From Octopus sinensis (lineage: Eukaryota): a stretch of 64,000 bases of DNA. Numbering within the stretch: position 1 is the stretch's first letter; each line of letters opens with the position of its first letter. The stretch covers positions 16,492,001 to 16,556,000 of the forward strand of contig NC_043000.1 in NCBI RefSeq assembly GCF_006345805.1. Reading direction: 5' to 3'. The translations under genes were made by a program, and so were the position numbers. The notes below the pieces were generated by a model, which had not been told where the DNA came from, did no database searches, and saw only the letters and a list, made by a program, of their open reading frames with translations. Shown piece after piece: positions 50,061 to 62,745 of the stretch.

Positions 50061-50673
50061 CCAAATGCTTATAGGAAGTATATATTCAGTTCTTAAGATT
50101 TTAAAACTTTGTATATATTTGAAGTTTGCAATAGGAAGGAGGTAAATTTGTTGATTTGGGCAAATGTAGTTGCCAATAGTCCCAGAATGCTGTTAGATGT
50201 TTTCAGTGTTTCACTTAATAGTTTCTGATACATACACAACTTGCTTCATTTATTTATTTAAAAAAGTAAACAAAACTTAGATAATATAGATAAATGGCTC
50301 TTAATAGAAACTATTTTAACTGGCTACAATGAGGCTCAGACCTATAGTACCAATCTATTTGATCAGGTTAGTTGGAGCAACTGTAGCTAGAATTTTTTCA
50401 TTTTAAATATCTCAATTGATTTTTCATGGTAGGTTATATAACCGAAGTAATAGCTTCCCTTTTTTGTTTTGGTAATTTTTCTGAAAACTTATTCTCAGTG
50501 GTGTAAACTTTTTCACATTTGAATGGTTGCTTCCACAATCACCACGTGCAGAGGTTTTTTTGTGTGTGTGTGTGTTGTGGCTTATGATGATTGTTTAGAA
50601 GCTGGATACAACTATTATAGGGTTGCCCATCTTTTGATCAATAGGCTAATGTTGGCCTGGATGGAAAATTGTA

Positions 50674-50747
50674 GTCTGTTGGAAATGATGTTTTTTCCGT
50701 GTTTCACCTGAATAATGATTATTACGATCACTTTCTGATCCACAGAC
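50674..50747 (+). ncRNA. Intronic box C/D snoRNA copy A (SNORD126-type 28S guide)
   Basis: GTCTGT.GGA/TCC.ACAGAC-type terminal stem, C-like ATGATGT, D' CTGA, C'-like ATGATT, D CTGA; TCCGTGTTTCA is an 11-nt perfect complement of 28S UGAAACACGGA. Confidence 0.8.
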
Positions 50748-51076
50748 ATATTTGAATGACTGTATATTTTAACTCTTTCGATACTAACCTGGCCAAAAAA
50801 TGTTTTGGCTCATAAGATCAACCTGGCTGAGAGAGAACCCATTGTTATTTAAATGTGAATTTAAGCACAAATCTTGTTAGTACATTTGTGAAGATATGTG
50901 ATTTCACTTTGTAAATAGTTGTTATAGTATCCAACATTGCTTGATGTGATATCTGAACTCAGTAGTGAATTTTGGGAGATTTTTTCCACCTTTTTTCGGT
51001 ATCGTTTTTGTTTTTTGTTTTGAACTTTGAAAATGAATAGGAGTTTCATGCTATCAAGCAACGATTCTGAATTTAA

Positions 51077-51295
51077 CCCTTTAGTGTTCAGATTATTCTA
51101 TCAAACATAATGCTTATTGATTCCCATTGGTTTGAATTAATCATGCATCATCTCATATCTTCAAGATCTTGATGGTGTAATTACTTAATGTAGAATAACA
51201 TTGTAGGGTAGGTGCGAGAGCCCGGATCTGGTCAGTTTGAACATAAAACAGATTAAATATTTTGGCCGGATATGGCCGGTTTAAATACTAAAGGG
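51077..51295. mobile_element. piggyBac-type MITE (family 2)
   Basis: TTAA|CCCTTTAG...CTAAAGGG|TTAA; empty TTAA site in duplicated unit 2. Confidence 0.93.
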
Positions 51296-51987
51296 TTAAA
51301 GGTTTTTCAATGGAAAATATGGAGATATCGAGGAAAAGAATGAATGAGGTACAAAAGCATGTGGTGTACGAGAACGAATAGGATTTTACATCGGAATGAA
51401 GTAAAAACTTAACAAAATGTTTTTGTTAGCAATTTTTCTGAGGAGATGGGGGTCTATCCATAGTTCTTCTCAGGAAGCGAAACTGTTAGACTTTTATTTT
51501 TTCAGTATGCCTATTTGAAGCGATCACTGGAAACAAACTGTTATGCAGAATATAAACGAACAATATAGACCAGGAAAGCCCAAGAATTGGGGGATGAAAG
51601 TTTGGAAAATTTTGTGAAGCAAATACTGGGTACTGCTGTGGATTTAGTTTTTATACAGGGAAAATGTTAGTCAGCATGGCCTAGGGTACGGTGTGGTCTG
51701 GAATTTAATGACTTCCATACCATAACCAGGGCTGTGTATTATTTTTGACAGATTTTTTTTTTTAGTTTGGTCAAACTTGCAGTGGATTTAGGTGGATTCC
51801 TATATTTCAGTTTATTACACCTTTATGGTACACCTGTTCTGTTGTGCATTAAATTCAACTGATAATCTAGTGATGTGCACAATTCTATATCAAAATTTTG
51901 TTGCATACCCAATTGAACTATTATAGGGTTGCCCATCTTTTGATTAATAGGCTAATGTTGGCCTGGATGGAAAATTGTAGCTATGAA

Positions 51988-52060
51988 GTCTGATGGAAAT
52001 GATGTTTTTTTCCTATCGTCCACCTGAATAATGATTAAGATCACTTTCTGATCCACAGAC
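51988..52060 (+). ncRNA. Box C/D snoRNA copy B with altered D' guide
   Basis: Boxes and stem retained, but the guide reads TCCTATCGTCCAC instead of TCCGTGTTTCAC. Confidence 0.6.
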
Positions 52061-53072
52061 ATATTTGAATAACTGTATATTTTAACTCTTTTGATACTAA
52101 CCTGGCCAAAAAATGTTTTGGCTCATAAGACCAACCTGGCTGAGAGAGAACCCATTGTTATTTAAATGTGAATTTAAGCACAAATCTCGTTAGTACATTT
52201 GTGAAGATATGTGATTTCACTTTGTAAATAGTTGTTATAGTATCCAACATTGCTTGATGTGATATCTGAACTCAGTAGTGAATTTTGGGAGATTTTTTCC
52301 ACTGTTTTTTGGTATCGTTTTTGTTTTTTGTTTTGAACTTTGAAAATGAATAGGAGTTTCATGCTATCAAGCAACGATTCTGAATTTAAAGGTTTTTCAA
52401 TGGAAAATATGGAGATATCAAGGAAAAGAATGAATGAGGTACAAAAGCATGTGGTGTACAAGAACGAATAGGATTTTACATCGGAATGAAGTAAAAACTT
52501 AACAAAATGTTTTTGTTAGCAATTTTTCTGAGGAGATGGGGGTCTATCCATAGTTCTTCTTAGGAAGCGAAACTGTTAGACTTTTATTTTTTCAGTATGC
52601 TTGTTTGAAGCGATCACTGGAAACAAACTGTTATGCAGAATATAAACGAACAATATAGACCAGGAAAGCCCAAGAATTGGGGGATGAAAGTTTGGAAAAT
52701 TTTGTGAAGCAAATACTGGGTACTGCTGTGGATTTAGTTTTTATACAGGGAAAATGTTAGTCAGCATGGCCTAGGGTACGGTGTGGTCTGGAATTTAATG
52801 ACTTCCATACCATAACCAGGGCTGTGTATTATTTTTGACAGATTTTTTTTTTTAGTTTGGTCAAACTTGCAGTGGATTTAGGTGGATTCCTATATTTCAG
52901 TTTATTACACCTTTATGGTACACCTGTTGTGCATTAAATTCAACTGATAATCTAGTGATGTGCACAATTCTATATCAAAATTTTGTTGCATACCCAATTG
53001 AACTATTATAGGGTTGCCCATCTTTTGATTAATAGGCTAATGTTGGCCTGGATGGAAAATTGTAGCTATGAA

Positions 53073-53149
53073 GTCTGTTGGAAATGATGTTTTTTTTTCC
53101 GTGTTTCACCTGAATAATGATTATTACGATCACTTTCTGATCCACAGAC
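53073..53149 (+). ncRNA. Box C/D snoRNA copy C
   Basis: As copy A. Confidence 0.8.
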
Positions 53150-53979
53150 ATATTTGAATAACTGTATATTTTAACTCTTTCGATACTAACCTGATGGTTC
53201 ATTTTCTATGGTGATGCTTGAACAAATTTTTAATGTTTTTACCTTTTGCTCAGTTTACCTGTAATTAGTCACTTTGAGACAAAAGTTATGCAATAGAATT
53301 GATTAAGAACCCTTTAATTGTTCCAAATATCACATTAATATGTTAAATAAAAAAGTTAGTTGCTTAATGAAACTAGTGTAAATTCATGATTATTTTAGAA
53401 TTTAATTGAAACTCACGAGGGGTGTATTTTGGTCAGAAATATAGTAACGAATGGGTTACTGCTCCTGTCTCACCATGAATGGGAATTGACTTACATATTG
53501 AATTCTGAGGTCAAAATCACCTAGTAGTCTTTTTATTGTGAAACCATATTTTGGTAGTTTATATATTTAGATGCTACGGAAAATTCTATTGTGACCATTA
53601 TCCTCACATTTTAAGACAATTATACTGTTAATCTTTTTGAAACAATTTTTGGTTATGAAAGTTTTTCTCTTTCCTTTTTTCCATTTGCACAACTGAGGTG
53701 CATGTGAAAAAGAAATTAGGTAAACTGGTCTAATGCCAGACCTCATGCAATAATTTGAGGAAATATTTTCTATATTTTTGACATGGTTTTGGGGATGTTT
53801 ATATAACGTGAGTGCTAAATATTAAGGTTTACTTGTGAAATATTGTAAAAATGCAAAAAATATTTACATTTCCTTGTAATTAAACAGTATGCAGTGTGAC
53901 TGGAAATAAGTGGTGTCACTGGTGAGTTCCAGTAACAGGCCAAGGCTGTTAATGTATGAGACTATTCAGGATACCAAGT

Positions 53980-54052
53980 GTCTGTTGGAAATGATGTTCT
54001 TCCGTGTTTCACCTGATTAATGATTACAACTTAGGGTTTCTGATCCACAGAC
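53980..54052 (+). ncRNA. Box C/D snoRNA copy D (outside the tandem units)
   Basis: Same stem, boxes and TCCGTGTTTCAC guide; different pre-D segment ACAACTTAGGGTTT and unrelated flanks. Confidence 0.8.
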
Positions 54053-54553
54053 AACTTAGCTATACTTATTGAAACTTGCAAGCAATTGTATAGTGTGTGT
54101 GTGTATATGTATGTATATATATTACATCTGCTTACATCTGGAGTTCACTTTTCAGTGAAATTAATTAGGCCTTTTGTGTATACTAGTGCTGGTGACAATA
54201 AAATGGACTTGATATTTGCTGCAAAATGATTGGTGTTAGAAAGGGCATGCAGTCATAGAACTCCAAGAATCAACTTATTCTACAGCCTATCTGGCCTATA
54301 CTATAATGGAAAGTAGATGTAAATTGATGACCAACTGCAGGAATTCACATTGTGGCATTTCTTTTTTTTTTTTCTGTGAGTGTGGACCCTACATGCTGTG
54401 TAACAGCATATTTTAGAATAATTGTTGAAATTGTTTAGAGATTTGTCATAATTGAATGCCTCTGACTTGTACTAAATAATTTCCAATTTTTGTTTTAGTG
54501 TTTTTCACCCATTTCACTTCAATGTTCAAATGGATTGTTTTTGCTTGTTGCAG

Positions 54554-54706
54554 GTTGATGAAAATGGTAAAATCACTCGTTTGCGTCGTGAGTGTCCCAA
54601 CGAGGAATGTGGAGCTGGTGTGTTTATGGCCTCACACTTTGATAGGCATTATTGCGGCAAATGCTATCTAACATATGTCTTCAATAAGCCAGAGGAGAGG
54701 CAGTAA
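54554..54706 (+). CDS. RPS27A: RPS27A coding exon 5 (eS31 zinc finger, stop)
   Basis: [50 protein letters not shown]; acceptor TTGCAG. Confidence 0.97.
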   Translation, partial: VDENGKITRLRRECPNEECGAGVFMASHFDRHYCGKCYLTYVFNKPEERQ

Positions 54707-54721
54707 GTTGTAAACAGTGGG

Positions 54722-54727
54722 AATAAA
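54722..54727 (+). terminator. RPS27A: Polyadenylation signal of RPS27A
   Basis: AATAAA 16 nt after the stop, followed by a GT-rich downstream tract. Confidence 0.8.
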
Positions 54728-54999
54728 CTTATGTATATTTAAACTGGTGTTGTAGTTTTGAGATTTTGTTTGTATTGTGTTTAGATAAGTTTGGAGCCAA
54801 CTCCAGTGTGAGCATGGTTACAGTTGGAAGTTTTTAAGTCTAATTTAATTCATTTTGAAAAAGTACAAGAGATTATTAGCAAGTGTGGCGTTGAAGTTAT
54901 TACTACTGTTGTAGTGACACTTAATAGATTTTTGATTTAGTTATGAATAGATATCTGCAGGTACATTAGTCATTAGTCAAATATTTAAACTACTGTAAG

Positions 55000-56550
55000 A
55001 CCTGGCCCCCGCTTGAACAACCAAATTGCAATGTCGGTAGACTCAACAGGCGTATCGATTGAGGACCCTTATCAACAGTCAATTATTTTCAAACAAGATG
55101 ACAGTCGTGAACCCCATCCATTTGATAGATCGGTACCTCCAATGCTTCGATTGGTCATCACGCGGGACGAAGTCGAACGCGTTATTCAAGGCCTCGATGT
55201 CAAGGGTCACGGCCCTGACGACATACACCCACGGGTTATCAAAGTGTTGGCTCCGGTCATCTGCGAGCCCTTAACACGTCTATTCAATATGTCATTGACG
55301 ATGGGTGTTATACCTGCGGACTGGAGAACAGCGATAATCTGCCCAATTTTCAAGAAAGGGAGCCCTGAAGACCCGCTCAACTACCGACTGGTTTCCCTTA
55401 CATCAATAATCAGCAAGATGTTTGAAACCATCCTTAAGAAAAGTATGATGCTCCACCTCCAAAACACTCTATCTCTGATTCCCAATACGGCTTCATGCTG
55501 AAGAGATCATGCTTGACCAACTTACTGGTAATGGAAGAATTGGTGACACGCATCCTCGATGATAGTGATGCTGTTGACATCGTTTTATTGGACTTTGTCA
55601 AAGCTATGACTCGGTAAACCACCGCCTATTACTTGTCAAGCTTCAAGCATATAGTTTCCATCCGGATATCGTACGATGGGTTGGTGCCTTTCTCTCAGAT
55701 CGCTCCTTCCAAGTCCAAGTTAAATGGTTCACGGTCCGACGTCTCCAGTGCAAGCAGTGGTGTGCCTCATGGTTCAGTGCTTGGGCCTTATTGTTCCTAG
55801 TCTTCATAAATGACTTGCCCGATGACCTCACGCAACACACCCTTCTATTTGCCGACAATGTCAAACTGGTCGCTCCTCGCGGTGATATAGAGGATCTTCG
55901 TCGATGCCTCCACCAAATTTGGAGATGGTCTAACGAATGGGACCTGTGTCTGACCGTGTCAAAGTGCTGTCATCTGCCTGTTGGCTCTCCTGCAACTCAA
56001 CTTGATTTCGAGCCAGGTCGTCTGCAGCTGGAGAGGACCGATCAGGTAAAGGACCTGGGTATCTTGGTGGATTCCTCCTTTTCGCCTTCGGCCCAGTGCG
56101 TCCATGCTGCCAACAAAGCACGCAGAATTCTGTTCTTGATTCGGAATGGTTACAGCAGCCATATTCCTTCCGCTCTGTCATGCTGGTGAGACCCATATTG
56201 GAGTACGGGATTCAAGCCTCGTCTTATCTCCTCAAAGACATACAGCACCTCGAAAGAGTCCAGAAGCTGGCTACCTCCATGGTTCTTGGTCTCGAGAATT
56301 TGTCTTATGAAGAAAGGCTGAAAATGCTCGACCTTTATTCTTTAGAGAAACGACGACGCTGTGGAGATCTCATTCTTGCTCACAGCATCATAAGCAGAAG
56401 GTGTAACCTCTTGAAAGAGCTGTTCTTCACTCCTGCTCCAGAGCGTCGGCTGCGGGGTCATTCCGAAAAGCTCTATCTGCGACGATTTCATCTCAATCGA
56501 AGGAGAGGGGCTTTCTCCGTCCGGGTTGTGGATCCGTGGAATAAGCTGAC
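55000..56550 (+). mobile_element. 5'-truncated CR1/L2-type LINE, degenerate RT
   Basis: GPDDIHPRVIK, NYRLVSLTS, GVPHGSVLGP, LLFADNVKL, LRGH, FSVRVVDPWNKL across several frames. Confidence 0.9.
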
Positions 56551-56979
56551 CTCAAGTGGCCTATTAACTAAGTCAAGGATTGTAGAAATCCTGGTGGGTG
56601 TGGGGATGTGCATTGTATTCAACAACATAAGAGGGGAAATCTTATTGGTGAGACGCTAATGCTATTCAGAATGCTCCCAGTATCCTATGTAAAGGACTTG
56701 GTGTTAAAGGACATCTAACAAAAATTAAGCTGATAAATGCTGCTAAATAGACAAGTACTAATAAACAAGGTGCATAACTCTATTTCAGTATGATGTGGGG
56801 ACAGCATTCAGCGAAAAACCCCAAAAGCAGAATATTTCAGCAATATGTAAATGTAAAGTTTGCAAAAAAATCCTTTGCTTTATTTGCATGTTAGGTAAAG
56901 CAGTTAAATGTGATGATTTACTGGAAGCTGCTTTATTAGATTATCATTGGTTTAATTTTCAAACAGCTTTTGCTCCAGC

Positions 56980-59900
56980 GTCTGCCCTCCAGTTGTTCTC
57001 GCTTCCACCAGAGAAAATACACCCATTGAAGAACTGGCGGAGCTAGCTGAAGTACCTCACAAATATCCAACGGTATCGATGGTGACGCCAGCCGCTCCCA
57101 GTACCAATCCTTTCCATGCACAAACCAGTTCTTCCGTTATTTCAGACTTGTGTGCATTAATGACGCAGCGATCCTCCAAATACAGATCCTCACAGCCCAA
57201 ATACAGGCCCTAAAGCTTAGTCCCCAGCGTCGAAGCCCCAGTGTTACCCGCAACTCACATGACACGTGTTGGTACCACGGAACACGGGCACAAAAATGTA
57301 CGGTGCCGTGCTCGTTTTCCTCACCCAGTTCGGGAAACGGCACAGCCAGGAATTGAACGCGACGGAAGTTCCTTGCTCGCACCCACATAGTCGCCTATTT
57401 TTCGTTTGCGATCGGGTAACAGGCACGCGTTTCCTGGTTGACACAGGTGCGGAAGTCAGCATCATCCCAGTCCCCAACACTTCTGGAAAAAGAAAAGAGA
57501 CATCAGTCTGTCTTCAGGCAGTCAACCATTCACCCATTCCAACCTACGGGGATCAGTCCCTAACATTGAACATAGGACTACGCCGCACATTTCAGTGGGT
57601 ATTCGTCGTCGCTAAACTGCTGACCCCTATCTTAGGAGCCGATTTCCTGCATCATTTCGGTCTCCTGGTAGACATAAAGAACAGATGACTTGTCGACAGC
57701 ACCACCAAGCTTACTGTGCGCGGTATAGCCGCTCGAATGGACACAGTCAGCCCAACTGTAATGCTTACAATGACTTGTCTCAGTTCCATCCTGAATGAAT
57801 ATCCAGACGTCGCTCGACCAGTTTTCCACAACCAGCCGATCAAACACGACGTTACCCACCACATCAAAACCAGCGGTCCACCTGTTGCTGCAAGGCCCAG
57901 AAGGTTACCACCTGATCGTCTCCAGGCTGTCTCCAAGCGGGAATTCCAGCACATGCTCGACCTCGGAATAATCCGCCCTTCCAGCAGCAACTGGTCCTCG
58001 CCGATACACTGCGTCCCAAAAAAATCATCGGCGGGTTTGCGGCAATTATCGATCGCTGAATAAAAGCACTATCAGTGATGCCTTTTCTTCAAGACTTTTC
58101 GAGCTCGCTGCATGGAGCTCGCATCTTTTCCAAAATCGACCTGGTGCGAGCATATAACCAAATCCCAGTCAAACCTGCGGACATCTCAAAGTCAGCAGTT
58201 ACTACACCTTTCGGAATGTTTGAATTCCTGCGTATGCCTTTCGGTTTACGAAACGCGGCACAGACATTCCAAAGGTTTATCGACATGGTGACTAGAGGTT
58301 TGCCTTTCGTCTATGCCTACATAGACATACTCGTGGCCAGTAACTCGGACGAAGAACATAATCAACACCTTCACCTGCTATTCGAACGTCTCCGTCAATT
58401 TGGTGTTGTTATCAACCCTACTAAATGTTTGTTTGGAGTTGCTTCCCTTCATTTTCTCAGGCACATCGTCGATAAGAATGGAATTCGTCCCCTTCCCGAG
58501 AAAGTCAAGGCCATCGTGGATTTTCCACCACCCACATCTCTCCGCAAATTAAGAGAATATCACGGTCTAGCGAATTTCTATCGACGGTTCGTGCCCCACC
58601 TCGCTGAAATAGCGCAACCGCTCACGGATTTGCTACGTCAGCGAACCTGCAAAAATGCAGATATAGCTCTGACCGAAGATCAACTCGTTTCTTTCGCTGC
58701 CCTGAAAAAAACGTTATCTAGCGCTACCATGTTGGTTTATCCAAAACCAGACGCCCCACGATGTTTACTCGTTGATGCATCCGATTCCGGAACTGGAGGT
58801 GTGCTACAACAGCTTGTTGACGGTATATGGCAGCCGTTGTCTTTCTTTTCTAACCGGTTAAAACCCACGGAAACCAAATACAGCACATTCAGTCCGGAAT
58901 TATTAGCGGCATACCTGGCTATTAAGCATTTCCGTCACATGCCAGAAGGTACCAATTTTGCCATATACACCGACCACAAGCCATTAGTATACGCATTTAA
59001 CACCAAGCCGGATCGCCACCTCGACTTCATATCGCAGTACACGATGGATATACGCCACATCAAAGGGACGACCAACTTAGCAGCTGATGCACTTTCATGT
59101 GCGCAGATCAATGCTATCCACACCACGTCTACAATTGATCTGGCATGTATAGCAGCTGACCAGGAGAATGACGAAGAACTTCTAAAGCTCCGGAATTCGT
59201 CATCTCTGAAATTTCAGCATGTTCCGCTACCATCATCCACAGCTCATATTTAGTGTGATATCTCCACTGGTTACCAACGCCCTTATGTACCACAGAGATA
59301 TCGTCGAGAAGTTTTCTCCGCTCTGCATTCTCTGTCACATCCTGGTATTCGCTCCACTCAAAAGCTGATATCGACCTGTTTTGTGTGGACCAGTATCAAC
59401 AAGGATATCGGAGAATGGACCAAGTGCTGTGTTGCGTGCCAAAAAGCGAAAATCCACCGGCACATAAAATCACCAATTGGTTCATTTTCGCAACCCGATG
59501 CACGATTTCAGCACGTACACATCGATATCGTCGGACCCCTACCACCTTCGCAGAACTATTCATATTTACTAACTTGCGTAGATCGTTTTTCGCGATGGCC
59601 TGAAGCCTGGCCCTTATCTGATGTATCAGCAGAAATGGTCGCCAAAACGCTGATATCACAATGGGTTTTGCGTTTTGGCACACCCGCAACATTCACCACT
59701 GACAGAGGACGTCAGTTTGATTCCCACCTTTTCACCGAGCTGACTCGTCTCCTTGGGTGTAAACACACCCGCACTACGGCTTACCACCCTGCAGCAAATG
59801 GCATGGTCGAACGCTTTCACCGCCAACTCAAGGCATCTATCAAAGTAGCTCCAGACAGTTCTCACTGGTTGGAACATCTCCCTCTCATCCTCCTTGGAAT

Positions 59901-61543
59901 TCGATCCACGATTAAGGAAGAACTGGGATATACTCCGGCCGAACTCGTTTATGGCACAGCACTCACCTTACCTGGGCAGATGATCGAACCTGTTTCACAA
60001 AACTTTCCTGACCCACAACAATATGTGCACCGATTACGGACATCCATGTCGCAGTTATCACCTTCAGGCCCCAGGCAACAGAACGTCGTTTCACGTGTCC
60101 CAAAAGATATCAACACTTGGACTCATGTCTTCGTGAGGAATGATGGGATACCCTCTCAACTTCGACCACCATATTCCGGGCCCTACAAGGTCATCAAAAG
60201 AGAACCCAAGTATTTCGTCCTCAATATTGGAGGTAAACGAAATACGGTCTCGATTGATCGTTTGAAAAAAGCTTTCATCGAGGAGGGCTTACATTCAGTC
60301 CCCTCCTTTCCTTGAACAGACTCGGCAACTCCAGCGAACACCACAGATTCTGCACAACCCCGACACACCAAATCAGGAAGAACAGTTCGATGGCCAGCAA
60401 GTTTTTCGGGTAAGTTCTGAACTCCTAACTTATCCATCTTCCTAATGAAATGCATACATCAACACAACTCACATAACTGCATCACCCACATACAACTCAG
60501 AGAAATCAAAGAACATTCATGTGCATAAAAAAAAAAAAAAAACGAAAACAAAAAACGTTCCACATCAACGAAAAACTGTCTGTATGAACTTTTACGGAAC
60601 ATTTCACAATCGAACTTTGCCGATGAACATTTCTTTCATTTTTGCATGTACATATTTTTTGTTTTCTCTTTAAAATGTTTTGCTTTCTTGTAAATATATT
60701 TTTGCTAACTGTATGTTCACACACATTTACAAATCATGTTCTCATGTGTGCTATCACTCGATCTTTTTCGCCACTGAAAGACACCTTGCCTCTATTAGAC
60801 CTCTAGTAGGTCGAGTAATCAATAGACGCACATCTCTTTCAACGCGCCAACATATTTCTGCCTGGGCACATATACATATTGCCCACCAAATAGCACATAC
60901 AAACAGTAAACCTTTCATTCATATTTTTATCATTCAATGTGTAAAATTTTTTCTGCATACACACAAAAAATAACATTTCCAATATCGTTCGATCTCTGTG
61001 GCTTTCTCACTAGAAGGAGGGTAGTGTAAGAGTTAGCACTTCCTTCTCTAAGCTTGGATTCGAAATCGAATCCAAGAATCATCGGTCATCAAATACCAAT
61101 GCATGCAAAGGCGCAAAATTAAGATTCCTTTGTTCTGACAAAAAGTGATTGATCGTCTCCCTTTGACCTCCGACCTGAGCCATGTCAAGCGAAGTTCAAG
61201 TGGACGAACGATGACCTACTTAAACAGTAACTTTGTTGCGATATATCTATTTTTCTGGCTGTTTGAGATTTTATAAATAGAAAGGAAAAACGGCTAGAAC
61301 ACAGACAATCGGAGCTGACGCTCAAGCAGACACCCCGCGTTTTGGAGACGACTAGAGAATATGCCTACGGGTTACTGTCCTGAATGATTTACTCACACAC
61401 ACACGCAAACATATTCTTCTTTAATATGTATTCTGTACAAGCAATGCGTAGCATTGCTTACAAAATTTATGTAGTGTAAATAAATCTCTATTTAATCACG
61501 AAACAACTTATGTATTTATTAATACACACACACATCCACTACA
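56980..61543 (+). mobile_element. Gypsy/Ty3 LTR retrotransposon (CsRn1-like), 5'-truncated; gag tail, protease, RT, RNase H, integrase with stops and frameshifts
   Basis: [47 protein letters not shown] plus [27 protein letters not shown]; domain order PR-RT-RH-IN; left boundary approximate. Confidence 0.95.
61025..61543 (+). repeat. 3' LTR of the Gypsy element
   Basis: Polypurine tract AGAAGGAGGGTAG immediately before TG; ends in CA at 61543; no matching 5' LTR in the window. Confidence 0.7.
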
Positions 61544-62305
61544 GTTTGCTCTTCTGTGGTTCAAATGAAATTTGTTGAGGCAGATCTTCAATGCGTTGAG
61601 ACCTTTCCAGTTGCCAATTCTCATTTGTTTCTATGCAAGGTAATGTTTCAAAGCTGGATTTATTTTCATCTGAAATTGGGAACAAATGACATTCCTTGTA
61701 TGATGGTGCCATTTGTTTACAACTATCCTGCTATGTCAAGGCAAGGAAATACAAAGATATGTGCACTTGTGTGTATATATCGAAGCAGTGTGCTGGCAGG
61801 ATCGTTAGCATGCTGGGCAAAATACTGAGTGGTATTTCATCTGTCTTCATGTTCTGAGTTTAAATTCTACCAAAGTCGATTTTTGCCTTTCATGCTTTTA
61901 TGTGTCAGTTGTGTATGGAGTCGCTCTAATCGACGCCTCCTCCTCAAGAATTTCGGGCTTTGTACCAAGAGTAGAGAACATGTTGTGTTAGACTATTGTA
62001 TGTCCAAATTTAGCCAAATGCGTTTTCTTCAATATTTAATTTTGCTTGCAATAGCTGGTTCTTTTGGGAAAACTGTTGCATCTTCAGATGCTAAGATATG
62101 AAAATTGTCAAAGTGTAATACAATGGTTTAGCATTTTTCAAAAGTGTAGAAAGTCCCACACTTTTCCAAAAATATTTCTGACTGCAAATATGCATGGAGT
62201 TACAATTTTATGCACCCAACAAAGTATTATTGTTAAGCTGAAACTGTTGCTAATGTAAAAAGAAACTATTTTATTGTAAAATATAATTGCCAACCAAGTG
62301 TGGTG

Positions 62306-62562
62306 GTCCCATAGAGGACGATGCTACTGTTCCTTTTAGCCCCAGGAGAAATCTCCAGCTGGCTAACTACACTTTGTTTGATTAGTATTTGTGAGGGGAA
62401 ATCATCGGACCCAGAAATGCAGGTCTGTGTGTATCATGTAAGGCTAGAGATGGGAACGATGATTTCAGCTTGCAAATACTAATCAAGACGCAATGTGTTG
62501 TTAGCCAGCTGGAGATGTTCACCTGGGGCTAAAAACAACAGTAGCATCGTCCTGTATGGGAC
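62306..62562. mobile_element. MITE with about 60-bp imperfect TIRs
   Basis: GTCCCATAGAGGACGATGCTACTGTT...CTCCAGCTGGCTAAC versus its reverse complement at the right end; TSD unclear. Confidence 0.75.
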
Positions 62563-62693
62563 TGTCACATTTAGTTGGCAATTATATTTTATGATTCTGT
62601 ACTGCTACTGTTTACTTTTTGCTTAGAGATTTATTGCCTATTTTATCATTTTTCTGAAAAATCACTTTGGACAATTATGCTTAATAGCAAGAG

Positions 62694-62745
<52 letters not shown>

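Larger units (their letters stand above)
50610..53193 (+). repeat. Tandem segmental duplication in intron 4 (units 50610-51915, 51916-53000, partial 53001-53193)
   Basis: AACTATTATAGGGTTGCCCATC starts each unit; units 1 and 2 are near-identical apart from a MITE. Confidence 0.93.

Noticed and set aside
56969-56975. TTTGCTC at both ends of the Gypsy element as a TSD
   Set aside because: It is not directly adjacent to the LTR end and the 5' end is truncated, so it is probably chance
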